From NCBI GenBank assembly GCA_963575745.1, contig CAUYUJ010000193.1:1-64000 (forward strand): DNA of 64,000 nt, given 5' to 3'. Below are positions 49,087-62,461 of this stretch, piece by piece. Each line of letters begins with the position of its first letter. Position 1 is the first letter of the stretch. Below the pieces are notes generated by a model. That model saw nothing but the letters and a program-made list of their open reading frames with translations, made no database searches and was not told the origin of the DNA. The position numbers and the translations under genes were made by a program. This DNA is from Prorocentrum cordatum (lineage: Eukaryota).

Positions 49087-49275
49087 CCTGTTGGTTCTGG
49101 TGCTGATAATGATGATGATGATGACCATGATGATGATAATGAGGATGATGATGATCATGATGCTGATGATGCTGATGCTGATGACGCTGATCCTCATGCT
49201 AATAATGTTGATGCTGCTGATGCTGATGCTGATGCTGATGATGATGAGGATGATGCGGCTGGCGATGATGATGAT

Positions 49276-49306
<31 letters not shown>

Positions 49307-49782
49307 CTGGTGACGATGCTGCTGCTGATGCTGATGCTGCCGATGATGAGGATGATGATGCTGGTGATGTTGGTGCTGCTGCTGATGGTGATGATGATGA
49401 TGATGAGGACGATGCGGCTGGTGATGATGATGCTGCTGCTGATGATGATGACGATGCTGGTCATGATGATGCTGCTGCTGCTGATGATGATGATGACCAT
49501 GATGATGATGATGATGCTGGTGATGCTGCTGCTGATGATGATGATGATGGTGATGCTGCCGATGATGATGATGATGATGATGATGATAATAATGATGAGT
49601 ATCATGATGATTATGAGGGTGATGAGGGTTATGCTAATGATGATGCTGGTGATGATGCTGATGATGATGATGAGGATGAGGATGAGGATGAGGGTGAGGA
49701 TACTGCTGGTGATGCTGCTGCTGCTGATGCTGATGATGATGATGATGATGATGATGGGATGGTGATGATAATGATAATGATA

Positions 49783-49839
<57 letters not shown>

Positions 49840-49880
49840 TTGATGATGATGATGATGTTGATGATGATGATGATCATGAT

Positions 49881-49945
<65 letters not shown>

Positions 49946-49970
49946 GGTGGTGGTGGTGGCGGTGGTGAGA

Positions 49971-50004
<34 letters not shown>

Positions 50005-50051
50005 GGTGGCGGCGGTGGTTGTGGTGGTGGTGGTGGTGGTTGTGGTGGTGG

Positions 50052-50102
<51 letters not shown>

Positions 50103-50140
50103 GGAGGAGGAGGAGGAGGAGGAGGAGGAGGAGGAGGAGA
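47431..50140. repeat. ~2.7-kb imperfect (GAT)n/(GCT)/(GGT) microsatellite; another, with a long perfect (GAT)n run, at 51950-52555
   Basis: Directly visible. Confidence 0.97.
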
Positions 50141-51997
50141 CTCTTTTCCATCATGCTCGATGGCGCCAGGCGGGCCCCGCGTGCTTCCAGCCAGCTGACC
50201 ACTGCACCTCAGGCCGCGGGAGACCCCCTGGAGGGCCGCCGCGCGCACTGGAGGGGGGGTGTGGGGAGCCTCTAGGGGCCCTCTGGGCCTCCGGTCCCCT
50301 CTTGGGGCCCTCGGGGCCGTCCGTGGGCTTTTGGGGTGCGAGCTTTGTTGGGGGCCTCATGGGCGATCTTGGGGCGATCTCTGCGGCCTCTTGGGCCGGC
50401 CTGGGCCGTCGTGGGCCCGAACAGGCGATGCGCCCAAAAACGTGGAAAAACGTAAGGCACATGATCGTTTTTGGCCTCCTCAGGGTTCTGTTGGGGCCCT
50501 GTTTGGCCCTGTCAGAGCCCTCTTGGGCCGTCCTAAGGCCTTGCCGTCCTGGGGTGTCTTGGAGGGCTTTGGCCGTCTTGGAGCTTTCCGTGAGGCCTCT
50601 CGGGGCCCTCTTGGGAGCCATTTGGGGCCCACTTGGGGCTCTCTTGGGAGGCCCTCTGGGGCAGTCTGGGTGCCCTCTTGGGGCGCCTTAGGGCCCTCTT
50701 GGGGGCCTTTTGGGTGATCTTGGGACGTTCTTTGGGGCCTCTCTTGGGCCGTCCTGGCCGTCGGAAACAGGTAATGCACATGATTGTTTTTGGCCTCCTC
50801 AGTGTCTGCCCTCTTGGGGCCCTCTTGGGCCGTCCTGGGGCCCTTTTGGGCGGTCTTGGAGCGCTTTGGCCGTGTTGGAGTTTTCCTTGGGGCAGGCCTT
50901 TTCGTGCCCTCTTGGGGGCCACTTAGGACCCACTTGGAGCTCTCTTGGGAGCCTCTAGGGGCCCTCTGGGCCCCTTGGGGCCTCTTGGACCGTCTTCGGA
51001 CTCTCTTTGGGTGCTTGGGGGCCCGCTTGGGAGCCTCTTGGGCCGTCTTGGGACGCTTTTTCAGGCTCTTGGGTCGTCCTGGGCTGTCAGAAGCCTGAAA
51101 AAGGCGAGAATCCGAAACACCTAGAACAACCAACCTAAGGACAATCAAACTTATTTGGCCTCCTCAGGCTCTTTCGGTGGTCCTCTGAAGGGCCTCTGGG
51201 ACCATTTTGAGGTCCTCTGGGACCGTTATAAGGCCGTCGTACGGCATCTGGGAACGGTCTTGGGCGGTCTTGCTTCTTCTAGAATGCTCTTGGGCCGCCT
51301 TGGAGCCATCTTGGACCTCTCTAGGGGGTATCTTGGGGTATCTGAGGCCGTCTTTGGCGCCTTTTTGGCTGTTTGGGGCCAGCCGCGCGTGTTCACACTG
51401 GTTTGCGCCCCCTACGCCCCTCCCCTGGACCCCTCCCTAGAGGGCTTCGCCCCAACTCAACGTCATCACTCGCACCCCGCTCTTTCCGTCAGCATCCACA
51501 CCGTCGGGACCACCCAATCCACCACTGGAAATGACTGAATCGGCCGCTCCACCCCAACTACTGGAAATACTGGACTGGAGATAAATACCCATTCTAGAAG
51601 TAGTGTGACCTATTTCCAAGCTGCTCGGCTCGACACAAGTCTTGCCCGCCGACCCACCAAACACGCTGGAAGTATCGGAAGCAGGATCCACCCAACGCGC
51701 GCGAACGGAGGCTTCGACCACCTGCCTTGAGGGTGCTCCGCTCGAACCCGCAGTCTCGTCCCAAGGTGGGGGACGGGGTGCAGAGACGGGCCACCCCCCA
51801 GAAAAAGGAGGCTCCGCATGGTTCGGATGCCGCGGAGGCGTCGACCACCACCCTGAAGGCAGCTCCGTTGGGACCGAGGTTGGAGGCTTCGGACATCCCC
51901 CCGAAGGGGGCTCCGTCCTCGCCTGCCTCACCCGCGACTGCGCAGGGCAGGAGGAGGAGGAGGAGGAGGAGGAGGAGGATGAGGAGGTGGAAGAGGG

Positions 51998-52052
<55 letters not shown>

Positions 52053-52060
52053 GGTGGTGG

Positions 52061-52096
<36 letters not shown>

Positions 52097-52117
52097 GGAT
52101 GATGATGATGATGGTGG

Positions 52118-52483
<366 letters not shown>

Positions 52484-54067
52484 GATGATGAGAGGAGGAG
52501 GAGGAGGAGGAGGAGGAGGAGGCGGAGGAGGAGGAGGCGGAGGAGGAGGAGGAGGGTGGAAGAGGAGGGCGCCACCTGGGCTCCGCCGCCGCACGCAGGC
52601 CGCTGGGGTGCGCCGCTGGCTGTTCTGCCGCACTTCGCGGGCGCGGGGCGCTCTCGGACGCCGAGCCGCGGCGCAGCGGGGGTCGCGGCGGCGCCGTGGC
52701 CGCGCTCGGGCGCGGCCGAGTCGCCCTGGGGTGCCGGCGCGGGCTCGCCGCCGAGGTCGGCTGCGCGAGAGATTCTCAGATTGGAGTCGGCTGTCGGGGG
52801 CCACATGCGATCCCTACTCCTGCCCCCCACGATTTCTGAGGGGGAGGGTGGGGCTCACTTCGTTCGGGAGCTCCCGAGCGAAGTGAACCCCACCTCCCCT
52901 CCTCCTCCTCCTCCTCCTCCTCCTCCTCCTCCTCCTCCTCCTCCTCCTCCTCCTCCTCCCTCCCTCCTCCTCCTCCCCCTCCCTCCCCCTCAGAAATCGT
53001 GGGGGGTAGGGGTAGGGCTCGCATGTGGCCCCCTGGGCTGGGGGTCTGCGGTGGCCCGGTCTCGGCCAGCAGGGAGGGCGTGCAGGTCGAGGTTTTGCAG
53101 GTTCGGGGAGGGCTTTCTGCCCCTGTCCGCCTCCGGGGGCCGTGTTCGGGGCCCAGGACAGTCAAAATTGGATCTTTGGGTGAACAGTTGGGGGCGACAC
53201 GCCATGTGGGTTCCTAACATCCCAGAGCGAGTTAAGCGTGAAAACACATAGCTTCTTAACGCCTCAGAACGGGGCAAGCGTGAAAGCACATGGGTTCCGG
53301 ACGCCTCTAAGCGGGACAAGCGTGTAAAGTTTTGGGCTCCCAACGCCCCGGGACGGACCCCGGGAGGGGTCTGGGGGGACCGACTTTGAACGGGAGGGCC
53401 GACATGGGTACGGAAAGGACAGTAACGAAAACCCGCAGCAGGCCCTGTACGTCTGAACAGCCCTCGCTGTCGGTGTCGCCGCGGCCGTCATCCGCGTGAT
53501 CCGCTCGAGGCAGAAAGTCGCTTGCCCAACAGCGGCCCCTGTCGGTTTTGGACAACATGTGCTGTTGGGCATCGTAATTACCTACGGTAGGTTTGCGTCG
53601 TGTCGACCAGCGGCGACCCCAGCGCGGGCGTTCAAGGTTGAACGCCGCCGGCGACCCAGAATCGATCGATGTTGAACGATCGGACGTTGCGGCAGCGGCC
53701 GATCGTTCAAGGTTGAACGATCCTCGCGGCGTCAGGGACCAACGCCCAGGTCGACACGGCACGAACCTGCCGTACATTGTTCCGTACCCACTTTGGGCGT
53801 TCAAATGAGACCCTGAGGTCTGCGACTCTGCGACTGTTTGCGAACCTTACCCCTACAGGCTCCATCGACGCTGGGCTATAGGATGGTGTTCCCCTGGCTG
53901 CAGACATCCTCCAAATTCTGAACCCCAGCCAGTTTGGCAGAAATCCGGCCTGCAGGGGAGGGGGTTCACATGTGGTCGCCCGGCGACGCTACGTTTGTTT
54001 TTTGTTGTTGTCTTGCTCAATATCAGAAGTTTGTGTTCTTTTTGTCTTGTTGTTTGGTCCCCTCATA

Positions 54068-54232
54068 CACCTTAGGCGATGCTTAAGAAAACGTAAGTTT
54101 TCGGCCATAGTCTCGATTATTCTTAACGTCTCAATGTAAATCTTAAGATTTTAATGGAAATGTTGGGTTTTTATTCAAGTTCTGAGACTATGAATTTCTT
54201 AACCCATGATTTCTTAAGCATTTCGCAGGGTG
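54068..54232 (+). mobile_element. MITE family A copy (165 bp, TA TSD)
   Basis: TA|caccttaggcgatgcttaagaaa ... tttcttaagcatttcgcagggtg|TA. Confidence 0.9.
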
Positions 54233-56085
54233 TAGAGCAACAACAACTGCATAAGCATATCTTCTCGGAGATCCGCACGGACTTCCTGGACCGGCGCTGG
54301 GCCCCCCCCTGGCGGCGCCTCCAGCGCCGCCCCCGGTGTGCTCCAGGGGGGCCCAGAGCCGATCCAAGAAGTCCGCGCGGACCCCCGCGACGTTCGGTCT
54401 GCGCAGTTCTTGTTCCTCTGCTTCAGGAGGGGAACAAAAAACACAGACACAACTAATCGTCGATCCCCAGGAAAATATGGGAAGATATGGGAAGCGGGGG
54501 GGAAGACAAAAAACCCAGAACATATGGGAAAATGTGGGGAATCTTTCTATTTGTGTGTACTTATTTAATCGCTTCGCTCATGCCGCCGGCCCTGGAGCCC
54601 TCTTTAGGGCCTCTTGGGGGCCTCTTGGGGACCTCTTGGGAGTCTCTTGGGGCTCCTTGGCGGCGTTTTGGAGGCCCCCAGGGCCTCTTGGGGGGCTCTT
54701 GGGGGTAGTCGATTGCGGCTCCCCCCTCGGAGGCCACGATCCTCGTGAGGGGTGTCGAAAAATACCCTCCCCTGGAGTGGTCTGGTGGCTTCTCCCGGGC
54801 TTCTCTCGGGACCTTGCCGGGGTACTTTTCGTCCGGGGGCCCCCAGGGGCCGCTCCGCGCGCGCGAACTAGAAATATTGTTAACAAGTTACCGGAGATCT
54901 TAGCACGCCTCTGGCCCGTTGGGCCGGCGAATTTGTGTGTCCTGGGGCCCCTTCACTGTTGCCCCATCCCTCGGGGGCAGTGGTCGGGCGGGGGGGGATC
55001 GGCGCCGGGAGGGCCGCATCGACCCCCGGGCGCCCACGGATCGCCCTCCGGGGGGCCCCATCGCCGACCCGTCGGCGGTGCATCGCCGATTCCAGCTCGA
55101 TGCTTCCCCCCCTGCGCCTGTCTCCCCCCCCCCCCCCCGAACGTTGCCCCTCACCCCTCACCCCCCTCACCCTCGCCCTCCATGCCGCCGACCCATCGGC
55201 GGTGCATCGCCGTTTCCAGCTCGATGTTTCCCCCTGCGCTTCCCCCCCCCCCCGAGCGCCCCCCCCCCCCGAGCGTTGCCCCTCACCCACTCACCCCCGC
55301 CCTCCATGCCCCCGATGTCGGCGCCGACTCGGGAGCCCAAAGGGCACCAACAGGAACGGGCCCAGGATGGCAACAGCCATCCCCCCTGGGGGCGGGTCCT
55401 CCTCCTCCTCCTCTCTCCTCCTCCTCCTCCTCCTCTTCCTTCTTCTCCTCCCTCTCCTCCTCCCTCCTCCTCCTCCTCCTCCTCCTCCTCCTCCTCCTCC
55501 TCCTCCTCCTCCTCCTCCTCCTCCTCCTCCTCCTCCTCCTCCTCCTCCTCCTCCTCCTCCTCCCTCCTCCTCCTCCTCCTCCTCCTCCTCCTCCTCCTCC
55601 TCCTCCTCCTCCTCCTCCTCCCCCCTCTCCTCCCTCCTCCTCCTCCCCCTCCTCCTCCTCCTCCTCCTCCTCCTCCTCCTCCTCCTCCTCCTCCTCCCAC
55701 CACATCGCCGGACGCCTGGGGAGTGGCCCTGTCGACCAGACGTAAGAGCGACCTTTCGCCAGAGTGACCTTTGGTGCGGGCCCACTGGGGCCCCCTGATG
55801 ACTGCATGCGATACGATAGTTGCGCCTTGCGCATTAGCTCTGCCCCCCCGCGGCTCCCCGAAAGCCGCGCACCAAAGGTTACTCTTGCCTAGGGTCACTC
55901 TTGCGTGTAGCCGTCGCCAGAGTGAGCTCCCATGCGGGCTCGCAGGGGGCCCTCAGCATCTGCTTCTCGCGCTCGGCTTTCCCTGCGATCCGACGCTGCG
56001 CGAACGTCAGCCCCGCGAAATCCACGGCTGGATCCTTAAACCCAATCTTTCTGCGGCACTTTTCGAGCCGGATCGATCAGTGAGG

Positions 56086-56183
56086 GCCTTGGGGCCCGAA
56101 GCTTGGCGAAAGCGCCCAGCGTGAAAAGATGCAGCGCCTGGATCTCGCCGAGATCTGGGCGTCTCTAGAGCAGCGTGCTGGAG
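56086..56183 (+). CDS. Candidate short exon (GPKLGESAQREKMQRLDLAEIWASLEQRAG)
   Basis: Protein-like open frame in unique sequence between MITEs. No homology recognised. Confidence 0.3.
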
Positions 56184-58535
56184 GGCTACTATGAAGTCGG
56201 GCCTGTCCCTCTACAGGAGGAAATTCAAGGATAGTTAAAACATAGTCCGGGGACGTTTTTTCGAGTATTTTTGATAGTTTTGACTGTCTCGTGGCTATCT
56301 TCATATCCGCCTGCAGGGGGACACGCCCGACCCGAGGCCACTCCTGCCCAGGGCCGTCCCCAGACGTCCGACGAGCTGCTCGTTGCAATCCGCGGCCCCA
56401 AAGGCCCCGACCTCTTTCGCTCCTCCTCCTCCTCCTCCTCCTCCTCCTCCTCCTCCTCCGCCTCCGCCTCCTCCTCCTCCGCCTCCGCCTCCTCCTGCTC
56501 CTCCTCCTTCTCCTCCTGCTCCTCCTCCTCCTCCTCCTGCTCCTTCTCCTGCTCCTCCTCCTGCGCAGATGCTTTTTTGTCGTCCTGGATCCAGTCTTGA
56601 GGACCCCGGGGCCCCGCTGCGGGCCCAGGGGCCCGAGCTCTGGGGAAAAGCCCGGCAGGACCGCCGACGAACGTGTTCCAGGCGCAGGACTCCCCCTCCC
56701 ACTCCCCCCCCCCCCTCCCCCCCTTCTCCTCCTCTCCTTCCCCCTCCTCCTCCTCCTCTTTCTCCTCCTCCTCCTCATTCTCCTCCCACTCCCCCTCCCC
56801 CTCCCTCTCCCCCGCCTCCTCCTCCTTCCCCACCCCCTCCTCCATCTCCCTATGGGGCCACGAAAAGTGTGTGTGTGTGTGTGCCGACATGGGCGGGGGA
56901 ACCCATGCGCGCTCGCCCACTGGGGCCTTCGGCGGAGCTCCCTGTGGGGCCACGGAGCGTGTGGGGTGTGTGCCGACTCGGGTGCAGGTGCGCCATGCGA
57001 GAGCAGCCATTGGGGCCTTCGGTGGAGCTCCCTGTGGGCCCACGAAAAGTGAGAGGGGCAGGGGCAGGGATGGGAGGAGGGAGAGGGGGATGAGGAGAGG
57101 AGAGGACGCGGGGCGATGCTTATTCAGATCGAGGGCCCAACACCACTAGGCCTCCAAAATTGGGTCCAGGCAGATGAGGTCGATGGATCGCGCCGCATAG
57201 CCGATGCATTGACGACGCGGCTCGATGTGGAGCCTGATCTTCCATACGCCGATGGCGCCGAGGCATCGCCAATGCATTGACGATGTGGCGCGATCCCCCG
57301 ACCCCATCAGCTCGGATCCATCGAAAAAGAAAACACGCCATAAACATAGATTTTTGGCGCTCCGGGCGGATTTCTTGGATCCGCGCTGGGCCCTCCCAGC
57401 GGCACCAGGAAATCCGCGCGGAGCGCTATGCCGCCTTCTCTTCTTCGCATCCCATCTGGTCGGAGACCCGTGCCACTCTTCCTCCTCCTCCTGCTCCTCC
57501 TCCTGCTCCTCCTCCTCCTCCTCCTGCTCCCCCTCCCCCTCCCCCTCCTCCTCCTCCTCCTCCTCCTCCTCCTCTCCTCCTCCTCCCTCCTCCTCCTCCT
57601 CCTCCTCCTCCTCCTCCCTCCTCCCCCTCCTCCTCCTCCTCCTCCTCCTCCTCCTCCTCCTCCTCCTCCTCCTCCTCTCCTCCTCCTCCTCCTCCTCCTC
57701 CTCCTCCTCCTCCTCCTCCTCCCCTCCTCCTCCTCCTCCTCCTCTCCTCTCCTCCCTCCCCCTCCCCCTCCCCCTCCTCCTCCTCCTCCTCCTCCTCCTC
57801 CTCCTCCTCCTCCTCTCCTCCTCCTCCTCCTCCTCCTCCTCCTCCTCCTCCTCCTCCTCCTCCCTCCTCCTCCCTCCTCCCCTCCTCCTCCTCCTCCTCC
57901 TCCTCCCCTCTCCTCCTCCTCCTCCTCCTCCTCCTCCTCCTCCTCCTCCTCCTCCTCCTCCTCCTCCTCCTCCTGCTCCTCCTCCTCGGCCGCGGGGCGC
58001 CCCGCTCGCGCGGCGAGAAACACACGTGCCGCTCGATTGCGTGCCGCCCGCGAGGGCCGCCCGCTGCGGGGCCGCGCCGTGGCGGGCCGCCGCCGCGGCC
58101 GCTGGCGACGAGGTTCACCAGCCTGGAACATATCCCTATCCCTATGCTGTCGTGCTGTCGGCGAACGGACATGGATTCGGGCGCGTGGATTGGCGACGGG
58201 CCCCGCTTCCATGCGGAATCCCAGAGGAGGAAAGGGTACCCATAGCTGCACCCTCTCCCCGTTGTCCTCTGCCTGGGCCTTCTCGGAGGCCCTCGCCGCC
58301 ACCGCCGGATTCGCCTCGAGAGCCTGGCCAGAACGCACCCTGGGAGAGGCCTGGGGAGTAGCGGTATCGGTGCCTCCTGGCTCCCCCAGAATATTACCAG
58401 CCTGGAACATATCCCTATCCCTATGCTGGACATCTCCTCATCACGATGCCAATCTCAGGGACTCCCCTATCTTTTGCGGGCGACTCCCCAAGACTGTCAT
58501 TGCCTTGTGGCGTGCCATTCTCAGGGATAGGGATA

Positions 58536-58723
58536 CTCCAGATCTCGTAATAAAAGGGAGGGGGTCTGGACCCTCCAAGACCAGCCATTTCAGACCCCCC
58601 CCCCGTGGGAGAACCCTCCAGATCGTCGTCCCCAGACCCCCCCAGGCCCTCCGAGATAGCCTGGAAGAGCTCCCTCCCCCCCCCGAAATGAGACCCCCCC
58701 TCCCTTTATTACGAAATCTGGAG
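58536..58723. mobile_element. MITE family C (~28-bp TIR CTCCAGATYTCGTAATAA.., TA TSD); second copy 59483-59662
   Basis: TA|ctccagatctcgtaataaaagggaggggg ... ccccctccctttattacgaaatctggag|TA. Confidence 0.9.
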
Positions 58724-61700
58724 TAGTTTGTGAGGGTGATCCCGGCGAGGCGCTGGCTTCAGCACTCCCAGGAGGGAGCCGCCAGGGTGGGGACACTCCA
58801 GGTGTCGCGCCCACACTGTGGGACTGCCTCGGGCGGTTTGCCGTTCTGGGTGCTCCACATCCTTGGTTCTCGAAGCAGATTGGGAGGAGGTCTGCGGCGA
58901 GGCGCTGGTTTTTGTATTGCTGATGGGGGAGCCGCCAGGGGTGGGATCACTCCAGGATTCGTACCCAGATCATGGGGGCGTCTCAGGTGGTTTGGAGCCC
59001 CCAAGCCTTTATGGGGCCACAACGTGTGAGGGCTGTGCCGAAATGGTGACAGGAAACGTGTGAGGGGTGTGCCAAAATCGGGCGGCGCCGCCATGCGGAC
59101 TGCGCCACTGGGACCTCAGGTGGAGCTCCCTGTGGGGCCGCGAAACGTGTGAGGGCTGTGCACAGATAGGGCGGCTAATGGGAGTACGTTCGAGGCCGGC
59201 GAGGAGGAGGAGGAGGAGGAGGAGGAGGAGGAGGAGGAGGAGGAGGAGGAGGAGGAGGAGGAGGAGGAGGAGGAGGAGGAGGAGGAGGAGGAGGAGGACG
59301 TTCGAGGCCGGCAAGAGGTGCGGGGCAGCGCCGCGGGCGCGGGGCGGCGCCCGCCCGCGAGGACGCGGCTGACGCGGAAGCAGGGCGAGCCGCCGGGCGG
59401 CCCGCCGGAGGGCGCGGGGCGGCGGTCGCCCGGGCCGGGGGCAGGGCGTGGGTCGGGCGTGCCCCTCCACAGGAAGGGGGTACTCCAGGTTTCGTAATAA
59501 GAGGGAGGGGGTCTCGACCCTCCCCGACGAGAAGTTTTAGACCCCCCCCCGTGGGAGAACCCTCCAAAACATCGTCCCCAGACCCCCCCAGGCCCTCCAA
59601 GATAGCCTGGAAGAGACCCCCCCCGAGATGAGACCCCCCTCCCTTTATTACGAAATCTGGAGTATCCAAGAATAGGTTGCGAAGTAGTCCAGGGAGGGTT
59701 TCTGGACTATCTCTTGGACTATTTTGTGGCATGTTTTCGGGTATTTTTCATGCTTCCTCCAGAATCCGCCTGTGGGAGGACATGCCCGGCCCAAGGCAAG
59801 TCTCAGATGAGTTTGGTAGCAAGTCATGGGGGCCTGGTGTGCCCTCTTAATTCGGTCTTCAGCGTCGGCTAGCGTCGATTCGCGTCTGGGAATCGATGAG
59901 ATGACGCCGATTTAGCGTCGGCTAGCGTCGATTAGCGTCGATTTAGCTCCGATTTAGCGTCGACTAGCGTCGATTCGGAAGAGCCGACTAGATGGTATGG
60001 GAGGCTCCCATGAGTTGCCACCGCAGAGGATGTCGCTGCCTTTGCCTCGTTTTCTCCTTTGGTGGGCATCCTGGGCGGCCCGGGCATCCTGGGCGGCCCG
60101 CGTCGCCACCGCTGGATTCGCCTCGGAATTCTGGTCAGAACGCACTCCAGGAGATGTCCAGGGAGTAGAGGTATAGGTACCTTTGGTTCCCCCCAAATCG
60201 CCAGCAGGCCTCGACCTCAGCGGTGTTCTGGCGATTTCGTGGGCCGTGTGCGTTTTGGCTTCGTTTTGACGCCAGGGCGGAGCAGGACATACGGAGGGAA
60301 GAGGAGGACACATCGAAAACGAACCACTTTTTTTAGGCCGAGTCCTGCTTGCTAGGCCGCCCAAGTGGGGTCCGAGCAGATGGAGTCGGCTGATCGCGCC
60401 GCATCGCCGAGGCATCGGCGTTGCGGCTCGACGTGGTGCCCGATTTTCCTCGCCCCGACGACGTCGCCGGTGCATCGCCGATGCATCGCCGATGCATCGG
60501 TGATGCATCAGGGATGTGGTGCGATCCTCCGACCCCATCAAATCTAGAGGAACAACAAAATCGTCGTAAACAGAAACTTTCGGCGCTCCGCGAGGATTTC
60601 TTGAATCTGCGCTGGGCCGCACGTTGAGCGCGCCTGGGGCGGCGCCGGAGGCGCCGCAAGGGGGACCCAGCGCAGATCCAAGAAATCCGCGCGGAGCGCC
60701 GAAAGGTTATGTTTATGCCGTTATTTCTTCTTCGATACTCGGGTCTCATCGCAAAATTACTCACTGCCTGGAGCTCCCCATATGTGCATCTATTAGCACG
60801 GACCTGTCCGCCGTGAGTGACTAGGCGCAAGAGCTTTCGAATAGAAGCGGGCTTGAGTATTGACGGTCTGGCAGTGAATCTGACTGTGAATGAGTTGGAG
60901 TGTGAATGAGTCTCAGTAGTATTAGTGCGTCTCTGCGCATGGGGCCTCTTGAAGCCTCCTGGGGCTTCCTGGGGTCTCCTGGAGCCTCCTGGGGCCTCCT
61001 GTGGCCTCTTGTGGCTTCCTGTGGCATCCTGAGGACTCCTGGGGCCTCGCGTGGCCTCCTGGGGCCTCCAGGAGCCTCCTGGATCCTCCCGGGGCCTCCT
61101 GGGGAGGATTCGTGCCCAGGAGAGGCCCAATCTATAGGAACAGACGTAAAACACTTCGGATTGAAGCCACAGGAGAGGGGCAATCTATAGGAACACGCGT
61201 AAAACACCAAGGGTTCGCGCCCCAGGGGAGACCCAATCTATAGGAACCTATGTAAAACACTGAGGAGTGGATACGCACTGATACGACTGATACGTAAACA
61301 CAAGGGATTCGCACTCCACAGGAGGCCCAAACTATATAAACATACGTAAAACGCTCGGGATTGCAGCCACTCCTTCGGCCTTCTGAGGTCTCCTGCTCCT
61401 GGGGCCTCGTGGGGGCTCCTGGGGCCTTGCGGGACCTTCTTGTGCCTCCTGGCGTTTCCTGTGGCCTCCTGTGGCCTCCTCTCGGGCCTCCTGGTGCTTC
61501 CTGGTGCTTTTTAGAGCTTCTTGGGGCCTCCTGGAGCCTCCTGTGGCCTCCTGGGGCCTCATGTGACCTCCTGTGGCCTCCTCGTGCCTCCTGGGACCTC
61601 ATGTGGCCTCCCGGGGCCTCCTGAAGCCTGCTGGAGCTTCCTGTGGCCTCCTGAGGATCCACGCCCACGAGTCTGGCCAGCAAAACAAGCAGATCGTCCG

Positions 61701-62078
61701 AGACATCCTCGCAATCTGGGCCACCAGGGGTGCGATAACCAGCGCCTCGCTCGAGACCTCCTGCAAATCTGCTTCGAAAGCGGATGATGTTGGGGGCACA
61801 GACAGTAACGCCGCTCGAGACGTCCTCGCCATCTTGGCGCGAACGGAGGAGTGAGACGCCCCCTGGCGGCTCCCCCTTGGGGCCGCCTCGCTCGAGATGT
61901 CCTCAAAGTCTGCTCCGACAGCGGAGGGTGTTGGGGGCACCCGCAGGCAAGCCGCTCGAGACATCCCCGCCGTTGTGGCGCGAACGGGGGAGTGCGATAC
62001 CCCCTGGCGGCTCCCCCCTGGGGGTGCTGACCCGCGCCTCGCTCGAGACATCCTCAGAATCTGCTCTGCCACTATCAG

Positions 62079-62131
<53 letters not shown>

Positions 62132-62282
62132 GCAGCATCAGCATCAGCATCAGCATCAGCATCAGCATCAGCATCAGCATCAGCATCAGCATCAGCAGCA
62201 GCATCATCATCGTCGTCGTCGTCGTCATCGTCGTTGTCATCATCATTCTCACCATCACCGTCACCATCACCATATCTATCAC

Positions 62283-62388
<106 letters not shown>

Positions 62389-62395
62389 TTCGCCG

Positions 62396-62461
<66 letters not shown>

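Noticed and set aside
53625..53725. Two CGTTCAAGGTTGAACG palindromes as operator-like sites
   Set aside because: Single occurrence in repeat-rich DNA with no supporting context.
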